DNA of 64,000 nucleotides. Source: the human T2T-CHM13v2.0 reference genome, Homo sapiens. Within the stretch, counting starts at the first letter, position 1. Each line of letters begins with the position of its first letter. The position numbers and the translations under genes were made by a program. This document shows positions 1 through 12,670 of this stretch, one piece after another. Location: the NCBI RefSeq assembly GCF_009914755.1, contig NC_060928.1. One strand, given 5' to 3'. Under the pieces are notes generated by a model. That model made no database searches. It saw nothing but the letters and a program-made list of their open reading frames with translations, and had not been told where the DNA came from.

Positions 1-136
1 TTAAAAATGCAAGGCCCAAAAGCAAGTAATAGTAGGATGGCTGTCACAGGCCTACAAAAGGGAGGAGCCAAGGTATCCATTGGTTAAACATATTTCAGGG
101 ACCTAAGTGTTCAAGCTCCTTTTTTCTACTTTCTAT

Positions 137-633
137 TCATTCTCTTATTTCTTTGACCTTTTCAGTAATGATTCCTGACTGGTTAATGAAATGGCAACAT
201 TCTTCTCCTAAGAAGAGGCAGGTTCCTCCTCTTTCAACTGTTAATAAGTCTAGGGCTCTCCGATTTTGAAGGACTACCACAGTTAGAGAATTAAGCTGGC
301 TTTGTAGGGTCACTAGAGAGTCGGTAGCTAATTCCATGTCATCATTTAATTCTCGTGATAATTTATAACAGAATTGTGTGGAGGAGGTTATGCCTCCAAT
401 TCCAGTCCCAAGCCTGCCTAGTATTCTGGCTCCTACAATAAAAGGGACAATAAGGGTTCGCGTGTGGCAAGATTGGGGTATAAGGAGACTTTGTAACTCT
501 TGTTCAGTATATATGGACATGGGAGGTGCTAGAAAGGAGAGAAAGCACAGTTCTTTCGGAGTGCCATTTAGGCATGATAGGCTGTGATATCACAGATGAA
601 AAAAATGCCTTAAGGTAGACAGGTGAAACCTGA
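137..633 (-). pseudogene. env: env remnant (SU C-terminus plus TM ectodomain with immunosuppressive domain), left provirus
   Basis: ORF 137..520 MSIYTEQEL...GIGGITSSTQF...LQNRRALDLL...CLFLGEECC resembles HERV-W/syncytin TM. No signal peptide; furin site degenerate (SCHTR). Confidence 0.9.
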
Positions 634-1263
634 GGTCTTGCACTAGTCTCCACTGACTATTTGGTTTTTGTATTCCTAGGATTGGGGTGTTCCAAGGACT
701 GGTACATATTTTTACTAAACCTTGAGCTTTTAAATTTCTAACAATATCCTGTAATCCTTTGAGAGCTTCAGGCCTTTAGGGATATTGCCTTTGATAAGGA
801 AAAATGGTGGGGCCTTTTAGCTTGATTTGGACTGGATGAGCATTCTTTGCCCTTCCAAATTGTCCTTCTAAGGCCCAGACCTCGAAGTTGATTTCTTCTT
901 CAAGTAGGGGACAACAAATGGGTAATTTGTTCCCCATATTCATGTAGATAATGGCCCCAGCTTTGGCTAATATGTCCCTCCCTAATAAGGGTGTGGGACT
1001 TTCAGGCATTACAAGAAAGGCATGTGAAAGAGCAAAGTCTCCCAATTGCAGCTGAGGAGACGAGAGAAATACCTGGTTACAGGCTGTCCTAAGATTCCTC
1101 GGATAGAAACAGACTTTGAGGACAGTCATCTGGGGCAAGAGGTTAAAACTGAGAAGGCCACACCAGTGTCCAGGAGGAAGTCCACTTCCTGGCCCTCAAT
1201 GGTCAAACTTACCTGGGGCTCTGTGAGGGTGACGGCATGAGCTGGCGCTTGCCCCAGGCACAC
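630..1263 (-). pseudogene. pol: pro and N-terminal pol (RT) remnant, left provirus
   Basis: FLLDTGVAFSV protease motif; ESPTPLLGRDILAK; PYQRQYP; SPWNTPILGIQKPNSQWRLVQDL, then abrupt jump into env. Confidence 0.9.
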
Positions 1264-2696
1264 TCAGTCCTGTTGCTGAATCATCTGGGTGGGTGCTTCT
1301 GGTCCAGAGGGCCTTCATCCTCTGGGGCAGTGCACCAATTGGACATGGGTGAGGGGGTGGTTTGTTTTTTGTTGAACACTCTTTCTTAAAGTGTCCTTGC
1401 AAACCGCACTGATAACAAGTCCTACTAGGCAATTGGCCTCTCCTCTCTTGATTCCCTCTGAGCCACCAAGGTCTGCCTGTCTGAGGGCCATGACTAAGGC
1501 TGCAGCCTTTCTCTTATCTCACTTTTCCCTTTTGGTCTGTTCCTCTTGGTCCCTGTTATAGAACACTGAGGTTGCCAGGTTTAATAATATCTCTAAATTT
1601 GTTCTGGGCCTAAGGCAGAGTTTTGGAGTTTTCTCCTAATGTCAGCCACTGATTGGGTGATAAATTTATCCTTTAAAATAAGTTGGCCTTCAACGGAATC
1701 TGGAGTTAAGGAGCTGTGCTTTCTTAGGGCCTTCCTTAGCCTTTCTAGAAAAGCAGAGGGGTTTTCCTCCTTTCCCTTTGTAATTGTGGATAGCATTGAG
1801 TAGTTCACAGGCTTTTTCCTGGTCTTCCTCAACCCATCTAAAATGCAAGTTTGCAAATGCCAGCGGCCCCAGTCTCCATGATCTGAGTAAGTATCCCAAT
1901 GAGGGTCTACACTGAGGACTGCCTGTTGCCCTGTGGGGAATTTTTGCCACTCCTCCAGGGTCATTCAATCATTTAGCTGGCTAAAGTACCATAGATCCCC
2001 AAATTACCAGGCTGCTGCTAAAGCTGCTTCTTTTTCAGTAGGACTTAAGGTCTGATCAAGAAGCAACTGATAACTGTCCATGTGAGATCAAAGGACTGCC
2101 CCAATTCTTGCAGGACATCTATACAGTTATCAGGATCATCTGAGAATTTCCCTAAATTTGCCTTTATTTGTTTCAAATCTTGAGAGTGAGAAGGGGGCAT
2201 GCACATGAATGGGCCCAAATTCTCCTCCTACTGCTTATAAGGGACATAGTTTGGGTGCCTTATAAGCACCCAAGTTTAAGTTCTCTTTCCGATGCACCTT
2301 TAACACTTCAGTGGGGCTGGATGGAGGAGAGTCAGTGCAGGAGGAGAGTAGGGCTGAGGGAAAAGGCCCTGAGTATGGAGGCAATTGTGGCCCTCTGTCC
2401 TTTGGGCAAAGCTTGCAGGCTTGGCACAGGTCAGTATTGTCACGAAGGGCAAAGAAAGCTTGTACATAAGGGACATCACTCCATTTATCTTCCTGTTTAC
2501 AGAAAAGATCTAGTTGTAGAAATGTGTTATAATTAATACTTCCCTCAGGGGACCACGTTTCTCCATTTTGTAAGGAATACTGTGGCCAGGCAGTGGTACA
2601 GAAGACAATCAGCCACTTCTTTTTTAAGGTTTCAGGGTTGAATTTGTCTCAGTTATTCAGGATATATCTTAAGGGAGTGTCCGGTTTGGTGCCCAT
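1264..2696 (-). pseudogene. gag: gag remnant, left provirus
   Basis: MGT start; capsid major-homology-like region GKEENPSAFLERLRKALRKH; zinc knuckle; ends QQD-stop as in HERV-W-like gag. Broken by stops and frameshifts. Confidence 0.9.
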
Positions 2697-2834
2697 CTGG
2701 AATTTTAAACACAGGGATGCCCGCACCGCTGGTTATTCCTGGGACTCATCTTCTCTTAGGGCGTCCCCCACAGGTCAGGCCCAGATGTGCTCAAAGCTCA
2801 TGGCCACTTTTCCTGAGCCCTCCATCTACTGGAT

Positions 2835-3715
2835 TTAACCATGCTTACCGGCAGGATGGAAACTTCCGTTGTCCCTGCTGTGCACCCACTGACCACTAAA
2901 TGGAGCACAAGGACTGTTGGATTTATTGTGGTCCTTCTGCCAATGCATCCTACCTGTTCCAGGGTGGCAAGGCCTGGGACTGAGGCACCACTGATGCCTG
3001 CATGCTAAGGCCCAATTTACGTGGGCCTGGCCATAAAATTGTCCTTCAAGGAGAAATCTCTGAATTAGCAACAGGAGGCTTATTAAGCTTAAAGGGGGTG
3101 GTGGATGTTCTCTAGGCCAGGGCTGAGAGAACAGCTGCTGTACTCTAGGCTTCTGTCCCCACTTCCCATCAAAGGAGTAAGCCCCTCTCTTACGGTGGTC
3201 CAGTAATCTGTGTCCCAACTGACTATATTTTCTTCCTTCCAATACCAACTATTGAATGGTTCAAATAGCAATTCAATGGCTCTAAGAGCTGTACCCATGC
3301 ACCACAGATTGTACTTGAGAGGTCCCAACAAGGGGGAAAGTCTATCTGGGGAGCAATGGAGGAAATGCCCTAAGGCTTCTACTATCCATATGATAATTAC
3401 AGACCTATCTTTAAATTGTCTTGATGTGGGGAACCATACACTATGGTGGGGAACTGGCCCTTCAAAATGGCCATGGAACGGAAACACATGCCTGATCCTC
3501 GGAGGGCACCATGAACAGGGATCTTCCGGGCACCATCCCAAGAATTTAAGACTTTTAAATAGAGAATCTTCATCCTGCCTAGTGGGAATAACCTTGCTTG
3601 CGAGATGAGGAAAGAAGTCTGGCCGGCGGACATTAGGACCCAGGAGGAAGGGGTCAGAAGATGTGGTGGTCTCACACTCAGTAACCCTTGCAGGGAGAGC
3701 CTTTGGAGGGGCCAT
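2835..3715 (-). pseudogene. Pre-gag leader ORF (one -1 frameshift at ~3200), left provirus
   Basis: Strong Kozak ACCATGG at 3715. ORFs 3089..3715 and 2835..3248 join if one T is restored after the TGG of DYW (the right copy has it). Confidence 0.75.
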
Positions 3716-4042
3716 GGTCTCAACCAGGAAATCTGGGAGACTAGAATGTCTGCTGATAACTCCCAGGTGTACTTCCGGACCACCATGAAAAGTGAAAGAG
3801 TATGAACCGGATCCAGACTTACCAACATTCCCAGACCCAGAGGGTCAGGGTTGTTAGAGAGCCTTTTTCCAGAGAGCCTGACACCGGTGTCTTTAGTCTC
3901 ATGGCCGCGCTAATCACCTTTAAGTGGCCCAGAGGTGCCCGGTTTAGCCTCTGAATTCTAAGGAAGGACAGGACAGAATTGCAAGCCAAAGAGGTCTGAT
4001 CATACTCACCACGTGACGATGTAAATGCCTTTCCTGGAGATC

Positions 4043-4060
4043 CTCCTGGCTGGTTCACCA
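4043..4060 (-). other. Primer binding site, tRNA-Arg(ACG)-like
   Basis: TGGTGAACCAGCCAGGAG vs TGGCGAGCCAGCCAGGAG (complement of the tRNA-Arg ACG 3' end, recalled), 4 nt inside the LTR end. Confidence 0.8.
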
Positions 4061-4064
4061 AAAA

Positions 4065-4773
4065 TGTAATGCCAAAGGTTCTTGCCTTAGCCACGCCAAA
4101 GATTTGGTGTGGCAGCAGCCCTTGGTGAGGGTGAGAGAGAGACACGGATCAACCGAGAGAAAAAAAAAAAAGCTGTAGGCTTTATCGAGCAGAGTGATGG
4201 TACAAAGCTTCCACAGCGTGGAAGGGGTCCCAAGCGGGTAGCTAGTGTTAGATTTTTCGCTCACCTTTTAAACTCTTTAAGGCGGGAAATACATGTGTGG
4301 GAAGATGTTACCAGAGCCAGAAACAAAGACAATTAACATGTCTTAGATCTTGAGGAAAACCAGAATTGTAACTTAAGTTTTATCTACTTTATAACCTGGC
4401 AGCACCATGGCAAAGGAGTCAGAATCTCACAAGATTTTACAAATTGTGTTTACAAGGAAGTGGAATTGGGAGCACAGACAAGGGCCGCTGGTCATAGAAA
4501 AACTGGCTTTTAACATTCCTTTTAGTTTCAGGGGAGGGGGAAGGGAGAGAGGGAGCAAAGACACAGGGAAGCTTACAGCTAAAGTTTCTCTGTGTATAGC
4601 TTCCTTGGGGAAGAAAACACATGCACAAATTCTGATGTTAGGAATATTTTAAGCATATATCTTCAATATGATTCATCCAGGACCAAAGTAAGTTCTAATG
4701 CAGGAAATGAGTGAGTTTCACAGTTTTCGGAGCCCCTACTTGACCCAGGAAACCGAGCTGGAACCTCCTCTCA
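4065..4773 (-). mobile_element. 5' LTR (LTR30-like), left provirus
   Basis: Starts TGAGAGGAGGTTCCAGCT, ends GGCATTACA; flanked by CAAA target-site sequence (tttg at 4774-4777). Confidence 0.88.
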
Positions 4774-4777
4774 TTTG

Positions 4778-5772
4778 TACATACATTTTTTCTTCTGAAA
4801 CTTTGCTGAAGTTGTTTTTCAGAAGTAGGAGCTTTTGGACAGAGGCTTTGGGGTTTTGTGTGTATAAAATAATACCATCTGAGAAGACAGATAGTTTGTC
4901 TTTCCCTCTTTCTATTTGGATGCCTTTTATTTTTCTCTCTTGCTCTGGCTAGGACTTCCAATACCCTACTGAATAGCAATGGTTAGAATGGACATCATTG
5001 CCTTGTTCCAGTTCTCAAGAGGAATCCTTTGAGCTTTTGCCCATTCAGTATGCTGTTGACTGTGAGTTTTCACAGATGGCTCATATTATTTTGGAGTATT
5101 TTCCTTTAATACATAATTTGCTCAGGGTTTTTTAGAGTAAAATTGAGACCAAACAATCAGAAAACATCAACAATACTGAAAGTTTTTTATTTGAAAGAAT
5201 AAATAAGATTGATTAATTACTAGATAGACTACAAACGAATAAAAGAGAGATGATCCAAATAAACACACTCAGAAATGACAATCAAGAGATCATCATCAAC
5301 CTCAGGAAAAACAAACTACCTGCAAAGACCATTATGACCATCTCTATGCATACAACCTTAAAAACCTAGAAGAAGCAGATAAATTTCTGGACACCTACAT
5401 CGTCTCAAAGTTGAACCAGGTAGAAATAGAAACCCTGAACTGACCCAAAATGAGTTCCGAAACTGAATCAGTAATATAAAGTCCAGCAAACAAAAAAGAC
5501 CTGATTCAGATAGATTCACAGCCCAATTATTTTATACATATAAAAATAAATACTAGACAGCCTACTGAAACGATTTCAACAAATTGAGGAGGAGGGACTC
5601 CTCCTTAACTCATTCTATGAGGCCAAGATTGCTCTGATACCAAAACCTTGCAGAGACACAGGAAGAAAAGAAAACATCAGGCCAATATCTATCATGAATA
5701 TAACACAAGAATCCTCAACAAAGTACTAATTAATCGAATTCAGCAGCACATCAAAACCTAACTACCACAATC
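4778..5772. mobile_element. Old L1 (L1PB/late L1PA-like) ORF2 fragment with internal inversion; host of the provirus, left copy
   Basis: L1 ORF2 on minus 4778..~5135 and on plus ~5140..5772 (aacctagaagaagcagataaatttctgg; ggagggactcctccttaactcattctatgaggcc). Confidence 0.85.
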
Positions 5773-5997
5773 CTGTGTCCATGTGTTTTCATTGTTCAAT
5801 TCCCACCTATGAGTGAGAACATGTGGTGTTTGGTTTACCTTCCTTGCGATAGTTTGCTGAGAATGACGGTTTCCAATTTCATCCATGTCCCTACAAAGGA
5901 CATGAACTCATCATTTTTTATGGCTGCATAGTATTCCATGGTGTATATGTGCTACATTTTCTTAATCCAGTCTATCATTGTTGGACATAGACATCTT
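5771..5997 (-). mobile_element. Short L1PA 3' fragment, tail lost by deletion (left copy)
   Basis: catccatgtccctacaaaggacatgaactcatc is typical L1PA 3' sequence; one TSD copy acatagacatctt at 5985-5997. Confidence 0.9.
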
Positions 5998-6648
5998 ATA
6001 CAGTGCTGGAAATCTATCAAATATTTGCTGGTTGTAATGAATGTTCAACATGTCTATCCTTTGATAGGTCTTTTTTGACTTACCAATCTCACTGATACGA
6101 TTTATGATCAGATATTGAAATAATAGAGACCTTCAGAAGGGAGATGGTCATAATACACATGAGCACTAAGACTGGGGTATTATCCAGAAAGACCTAATTT
6201 AGAAAGCTGTGTACATAGTAATAGAGAAGATAGCACTAGGGACAAAACAGATAGGTGACCAAGGGAATTTCTCAATCTGTAATACCAGAAGAGTTCAAGA
6301 ATGGATACTAAAAAGTTGAGGGCAGCTGTTCTCACTAGAAATCACAGTAAACTGTCAAGGGTCTGGACCTAAGTTTGTTTTCAGACCTGAAATTTATTTA
6401 CGGACAAAGACACCAGGCCCTTCAGGGAAAAAAATTCTGTAAAGCCAAATAAACTCCCATGATACTGATTCCATATTTTTTTTTTTTTCCTGAAAAGGAC
6501 AGTGACATCCCTAGGATAACTGGTGATTTCCTCAATTTCCAAAATGCGTAATTGTGTAGATACACTTTCTCTTTAGAAAAACCGTGAATTATATCATTGG
6601 TGCCTGGATACAAGTCATTTTAGTGGGAAAGGCCAAGTGGATTATCTT

Positions 6649-7170
6649 TGCATTAGTTTCTTGGGCTGCTTAAAATAGAAATTATTCTCTGATAGCTATC
6701 TAAGCCAGAAAGTCAAAATCTGTATTCTCAGGGTTCATTTGTTCTGGAGGCTCTAAGAGAAAAACAATTCAATGCCTGTCTCTTGGCCTTTACTGGTTGC
6801 TGACAATTCTTGGAGTCCCATGGCTTATGGCTTCTCACCAACTTCTCTTTCCTCAGCATCATCTTTTCTTTTCTTTCTTCCCAATTTTCTCCTGCCTTTA
6901 TTCTTTTCAAAAAAATTTGTTTGCTTTCAATTTTTTGTAGAAGCGATGTCTTGCTATGTTGACTTGGCTGGTCTTGGATTCCTGGCCTCAAGGGATCCTC
7001 CTACCTTTCTCCTTATAAAGATATCTGTCATTGGATTTAGAGCACATCATAAATCCAGAATAAATTTGTCTTGATTTTCTTTGTTTACATACATCTGCAA
7101 AGATCTTCTCTCCAATAAAGTCACTTTAATAGATTCTGGAGGTTACTCACTGGACATATTTTTGGGGAAG
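6649..7170 (-). mobile_element. MaLR LTR (MLT1-like) with embedded Alu-monomer fragment, left copy
   Basis: MLT1-type terminus (gcagcccaagaaactaatgca on minus). Alu-like aggaggatcccttgaggccagg...agaccagcc at ~6930-7003. Mirror at ~43745..44264. Confidence 0.6.
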
Positions 7171-8659
7171 ACAACTCTTCAATTCACTAGATACATGAAG
7201 CTTCTTCATTCCTCCATTACCACAGATGTCAGGTGGCCCAGAAAATGGAAAATAAAATTGCATTGCATACCTGGGTATTGTGAAAATTAAAGACCTTGAA
7301 GGTATAAAGGATGCAGGATGATGGGCTCCATTACATCTTTGATTAAAAGTTTGACCATTGCAAAATCCAACAGATCCTAGAGTCTGGTAGTGGACTCCTG
7401 CAATTTCCACCAATATTTGCTCCACTGGCATCCCGTGTGTCAGGTGGAGTATCTTTGCTAGACCAGATGAACATTCATATTATTAAAATGGCTGTACTTC
7501 TGACAGTGATTAATGGATTTATTGCATTCTCTATTAAATTCCTATGGTATTTCTTATAGAATTGAAAAAAATCTTTAAATTTGTATGAAAACACAAAAGA
7601 CTGTTAACATTCAAACCTGATTTTTTAAAAAAAGCACAAGATGTTCTTATATATTACTTTTAAAAAAGCAACTATAAGACTTTATAGAAAAAAGACTTTC
7701 TTTTTTTATAGGTTAAAACTGAATCTAGTCAGTTTTATTCAAGATTAAATCTGGCTACTTCTTCTTCACCTCAGAATGTTAAAGTTTTTATAGGGTTATT
7801 CAAAAATAGCTTAATTATGCCCTGTTCTCCATGTACAAGCCAGGAGACATTAAGTTCTGAGACTTATGTCCCAACTTTTTTGGACTGACTTTTGTTCCAA
7901 TTGTGGGAATTGACATTTGGTCTTTCCTTTCTTCTACAGTCAAAATTTCAGTGGACTCATTTTGATCCGTGCCATCTCTCTCTAAAGAAATATGCTGTTT
8001 CCAAACTTTAAACTGTACTTAGCTTGGAAAAGAAGGCCTAGTAACAGAGATAGGAGTTATCATTACATATCTAGCTATCGTTACATAATGGAAGCCAGAC
8101 CTTGTCAACTCAATCCTTTACCAAAATTTTAAACTCATTAATAGATGATTGAAATGATAACATGATTTCCTCTAGTGCTGCTCACAGGCTTCCCACTTTA
8201 TTTAAGAAAATCCATTATTATAGAGCTTGGGTGATGGATAAAGTAAGGCATTCACTTGTTTTTTTTATGTTATAGACAGAAGCTGGGTTTCGGTCCATAA
8301 GATCAAAATGTCCTCTGTTATTTATATTGATATAACTTTCTGAAAACAGTGCAAGTCAAAATTTGCAGTGTTAAAGGCAACCTGGATTTTGAAATTTTAT
8401 CTCTTTTTGTGGGAAGTAATTTTAAGAATCAGATATAGAGTTTAAAATTTAAATAAATTTCTGTCTGATCTACGAAACATTATTTCGCTATATTTGTGTT
8501 TTTCTCTGTGAAATGTTTGATCATCAGTTCAAATAAAAACCACAATACTATTTTCCCAGACATCTCAATGAATTATTTGATTTCTTGTAGAGAAATAATT
8601 TGTACATCAATTTAAGAAATGCATCATATAAATTTCAAAAATAGATGCATATAATTTTA

Positions 8660-8706
8660 ATAGCTTTATTGAAGTACAATTGATATAAAAAACCTGCAAG
8701 TATTTT

Positions 8707-8737
<31 letters not shown>

Positions 8738-9170
8738 AATGGCTGAGTTTGGACATATACATGCACCCATGATGCTGTCATTATAACAGTGAAGGTAATA
8801 AACATATCCATCACCTGCAAAAGCTCTCTTTGTCACTCTTTGATTTTGATGGTAATAATGCTTGCGATTTACCCTCTTAGCACATTATTAAGTGCACAAT
8901 ACCATGTTGTTAACCATAGGCATTATATTGCAGAGGAAATCACTATGCTTATGCATAAGCATTAGTGAAACTTTATACCCACTGAGCAACAACTCCCAAT
9001 TTCTCTCTCTCCCAAACCCCTGGAAAACACTATTTTATTGTCTGCTTCAATTAGTTTGCCTATTTTACTTAACTAATATAAGTGGAATCATAAAATATTT
9101 GTCCTTCTTGAACTTGCTTAATTTACTTAGCATAATATCTTCTAGGTTCATCCATTTTGTCAAAAATGGT
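8660..9170 (-). mobile_element. Old L1M 3' end with (TA)n, left copy
   Basis: atggatgaacctagaagatattatgctaagtaaa on minus; (TA)n 8710-8738. Mirror ~41670..42245 has a longer TA array. Confidence 0.7.
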
Positions 9171-9784
9171 ATCTTTTGTCAAACCTTGGCAACTGAATTA
9201 ACATTTCCATTGCTTCCATGTACAGAGAAACAATTCTAACTGAACTTGTGAAAATAATTATATTGATATTAAATTAAAATGCTTATGAATAATTTTTGTA
9301 TTTTTGCAAGATCAGATATGGAGAAAAATCACAAATTTATCTTTATTTTAATGAATAAAAATATTTAGAATCTTGAAATAATTAGCTATGTGAAATTAAT
9401 TTGGAGATTGTCAGATTATTCTACTGTGTTTTATTATTGACATAACATGATATATCATAGTTATATTTCTATATTTACTTTAAAATACGTTTATATATAC
9501 ATATATACATATACATATATAAATATAGACACTGTGAGTAAGTTAGTGTGTATGTCTTTGTGGGTATGTGTTTTTTTGATGGATTCTATAGTAGCAGTTA
9601 TCTAGTGTATGTCATGTCCTAATTAATATTACATCCCAGAAGCAACTCCTAAAACTCCTTTGAATTTTTATATTTTCTGTACCTTCTTTCTAATAAATGC
9701 ATGTATGATTGGAACAATACTGTCTGAATTGTTTCATTTTAGCATACTATGTAATAGTATGGTGAAGGGGTGTGAGGACAGGCA

Positions 9785-9900
9785 GACAGAGATGGGAATA
9801 ACAGAGAGACAGAGATGGGAATAACAGAGAGACAGAGAGAGAAAGAAAGAAAGAGAGAAAGAAAGAGAGAAAGAAAGAAAGAGAGAAAGGAAGAAAGAGA
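9785..9900 (+). repeat. (GAAA/GAGA)n microsatellite preceded by a 23-bp tandem duplication
   Basis: cagagatgggaataacagagaga x2 (left arm only), then purine tetranucleotide array. Mirror is a longer (TTTC)n at ~40930..41025. Confidence 0.9.
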
Positions 9901-11373
9901 AGTTATTATAGTGCAACCTTATTTATCTTTGTATTAGGAGAGGCTAGCTCAGGACCTGGCATGAATGGAGCTCATAAAGTGTATATTAAAAGAAATAGGC
10001 CACTTATGACAAGGATTAGGTCATTCATATTCCAAATTCAATGTAAGACTTTCATTCTAGTCTAAATATATACCTTCGGCTTTACAATATATATATATAT
10101 CTTAGGCTTTACAATATAGTAAAATATTGTTACTTTTATACATATGATATAGGTTTAATTTTGAGAACACCCACAATATTTTTTTTAAAATGCTCCTTAA
10201 GTAAACTTAAAAATATACTTCTACATAAATATAATGTGATGTTAAAGATTTTATTATTGAGCCTCCCTTTTTTTCTTGTAAAAGGAACTTACAATGTTAA
10301 TACATAAGTAAAACTGTCATAATTATACCTACTAGAGACATAAAAGCTTGGAATTGAAGAATAATTTTATAATAATCTGGGCTAGGTTATAATTTTAATT
10401 TAGAATTATGGTATTCTAAATTCTCAAACAGATATCATGACTATTTCTTAGTGATGGCACTGAATTCAATAGAATTTTAAATGTGCATCAATTCTGTGAG
10501 CTGACATAGAGGAATCATGATTAAGTAAATCAAAATAGTATTAATGCTCAATGATATGTGGTAGAGAGAAACATTTAGTTTTAAGTTAGAATTCAGGCAT
10601 TCAAAAACAGGAATCACAGCAATAACAAACGAACATAACTCTGAACTATGCACACCAGATAAACATGAAATTTATTTTGCAAATGTTTTTGCAGTTTAGT
10701 CCTTTGCATCAGCTTATATTGTGGGAAAGTAAGGGATCAAGAGCAGCTGAAATGATATAACATATAGAAATAGCAGAGAATTTTTATTATAAACAGATAT
10801 AAGCTGAACTTGAAAACACCATTGATAAGAAATTAAAGGGGAATATATTTCCCACTTCTTCCTTCTGTATATAAGACCAAAGCCTAAAATTATGATTCTT
10901 TATGGAAATATCTCTCTACTTTTCAGTCATTTGTCAAAAGAAGACTAAAATCAATATTTATTTTTAGGACTATATTACTGCATCATGAACCTAAACTTAA
11001 TTCTGACTCTAGAAACCAAGTGAAACCATTAAGAAATGTAAACAGTGTGCAAATGAGAATAAATGCAATAAAATCACAACCGATATAAAAGGCACAGAGA
11101 TACTACAAAGAGTAAGATACATCAGAAAGGGTTTAGGTGAAAATATAACAAATATTCCTTTTCTAAAATGTTGTGGTAGCAATAGATTATTACATAGGTT
11201 AGAAAAAAAATTATCAGCATTTCCATACTTACCAAAATGAGTATGCAACCTCAAGCTCACTAAAACAGTATTTTTTTTAAACTATTACTATACTACAGTA
11301 TCATTCAACAACGTTAAAGATTTAATCACAATTTAAATATTAAGTATTAATAATTAGGATAATAAGCCTTTAC

Positions 11374-12112
11374 TATGACCTATGCTATTCATCCCATTCT
11401 GGAAATATAATATACAAGACTAGCAGATTACAAGTTAAATAGACCAAAACCCTCTCAAAACCAAGAACAAACAAACGAAAAATACAGACAAAAACATTCA
11501 GCTCTGCATTTAAGGGATGTTTTTCATTAATACTGATGTGCTGCCAGGAATATACAAAGAAGTGGTGAGACACCTGGCATTCCTATGGGAAACCAGAAAC
11601 AAATATATAAATGAAATGTTGAGAAGCCCAGCCATCAACTGTCCGTAGTAAGCTAAAGGGTCAGCAAAACAAATAAACTTGGCCGCCTACGGCCTGCTCA
11701 GTAACTCCTCATTTATTACACACTGTCATACATACTTTCGGATATGTACAGTTTTATTTTTATATTCTATTTCTGACAATTTTATTTGCCTGCCACACCA
11801 TGAAAGACTCTGCAGTTCTAAAGAAGCTGTAAGGAGAAAGGAATATATATCTTCTGTGAGGGTTTCTTAGTTACTGAAAGTAGGAGAACCTTCACATTAA
11901 AAGGAATCTTGGTATGATCAAGCAGGAGGTTTGGTGGAGGTACTAATATGGTTATCTCATGTCCATCACGCTGGAGTTTTTCTAGAATAACTTTTAAATT
12001 GAGTGACTAAAATTCATGGGCTGGACAAGCAATTTCCCAGACTTTCCAGAGTCGAAGAAACACAGATTCAGCAGGAAAAAAAAAAAAAAAAAAAGCCATT
12101 CACAGTTTTCAT
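11374..12112 (-). pseudogene. Decayed UGT2 first exon, UGT2E-like lineage (left copy)
   Basis: Mirror of 38744..39480; ends LVYLTCNLLVLYIIFPEWDE (ORF 11385..11573). Confidence 0.82.
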
Positions 12113-12670
12113 GACCAACTCTTCCTTTAATTTACTGTGGGCTTAAAATAAGTACAGCAAGCTCATAAGCCAGCAAGCTCATAAGCCACCTTAATCCTAA
12201 GTGTGTTTCATGCTTCAATTTCTCAATCAATTGATGGTGAATCAGTCCGGACTTTGGACAGCCTACTTATCTCAATAGTCAAAGTGGAATATAGCTGCCC
12301 TCATGGAAAAGATCATCCAATTAAGCAATTTACATAATTACATAAATTACAAATTACATAATTACAAATGACATAAAAGCTTTCTAAAATAATTTTACAG
12401 AATAGGAATTTGTGCACTTAAAATTACATGCAATGGAAAGGATTTCTCATTGAGTCTAAGAAAGTTTGCTATAAGACCTTAATTTTTTAATAAGTTGTTT
12501 TGCATTGTCTTCTTTAGATGTATTGGAATGTTCATGTGGACACCATATTTCACTTTGTTTATCTTAATGTTGGGAAAATAGAAAGTGTATATGTTGAGAA
12601 TGCATACTCTACTATTGGTATTTTTTTGGTCAAAATGTATATTTTATTTTGAAATGTTAAATAGTGCTTA

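Larger units (their letters stand above)
1..4773 (-). mobile_element. Class I ERV provirus, HERV30-like (HERV-W/HERV9 supergroup), internally deleted; left copy, 3' end outside window
   Basis: 5' LTR 4065..4773, Arg PBS, gag (CCHC knuckle CYQCGLQGHFKKEC), protease LLDTG, RT start QWRLVQDL, env TM with immunosuppressive motif LQNRRALDLLTVERGGTCLFLGEECC. Confidence 0.9.

Noticed and set aside
3210-3608. Antisense ORFs across the ERV leader and gag
   Set aside because: Shadows of GC-rich sense frames, not preserved at the same length in the second copy.
1-4773. Two independent ERV integrations in opposite orientation
   Set aside because: Same CAAA target site in the same L1 position and shared internal deletions show one insertion copied by segmental duplication.
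11679-11870. 63-aa ORF identical in both arms as a conserved microprotein
   Set aside because: It is the antisense frame of the fossil UGT exon, starts at TTG, and its identity is explained by the near-identical tract between arms.
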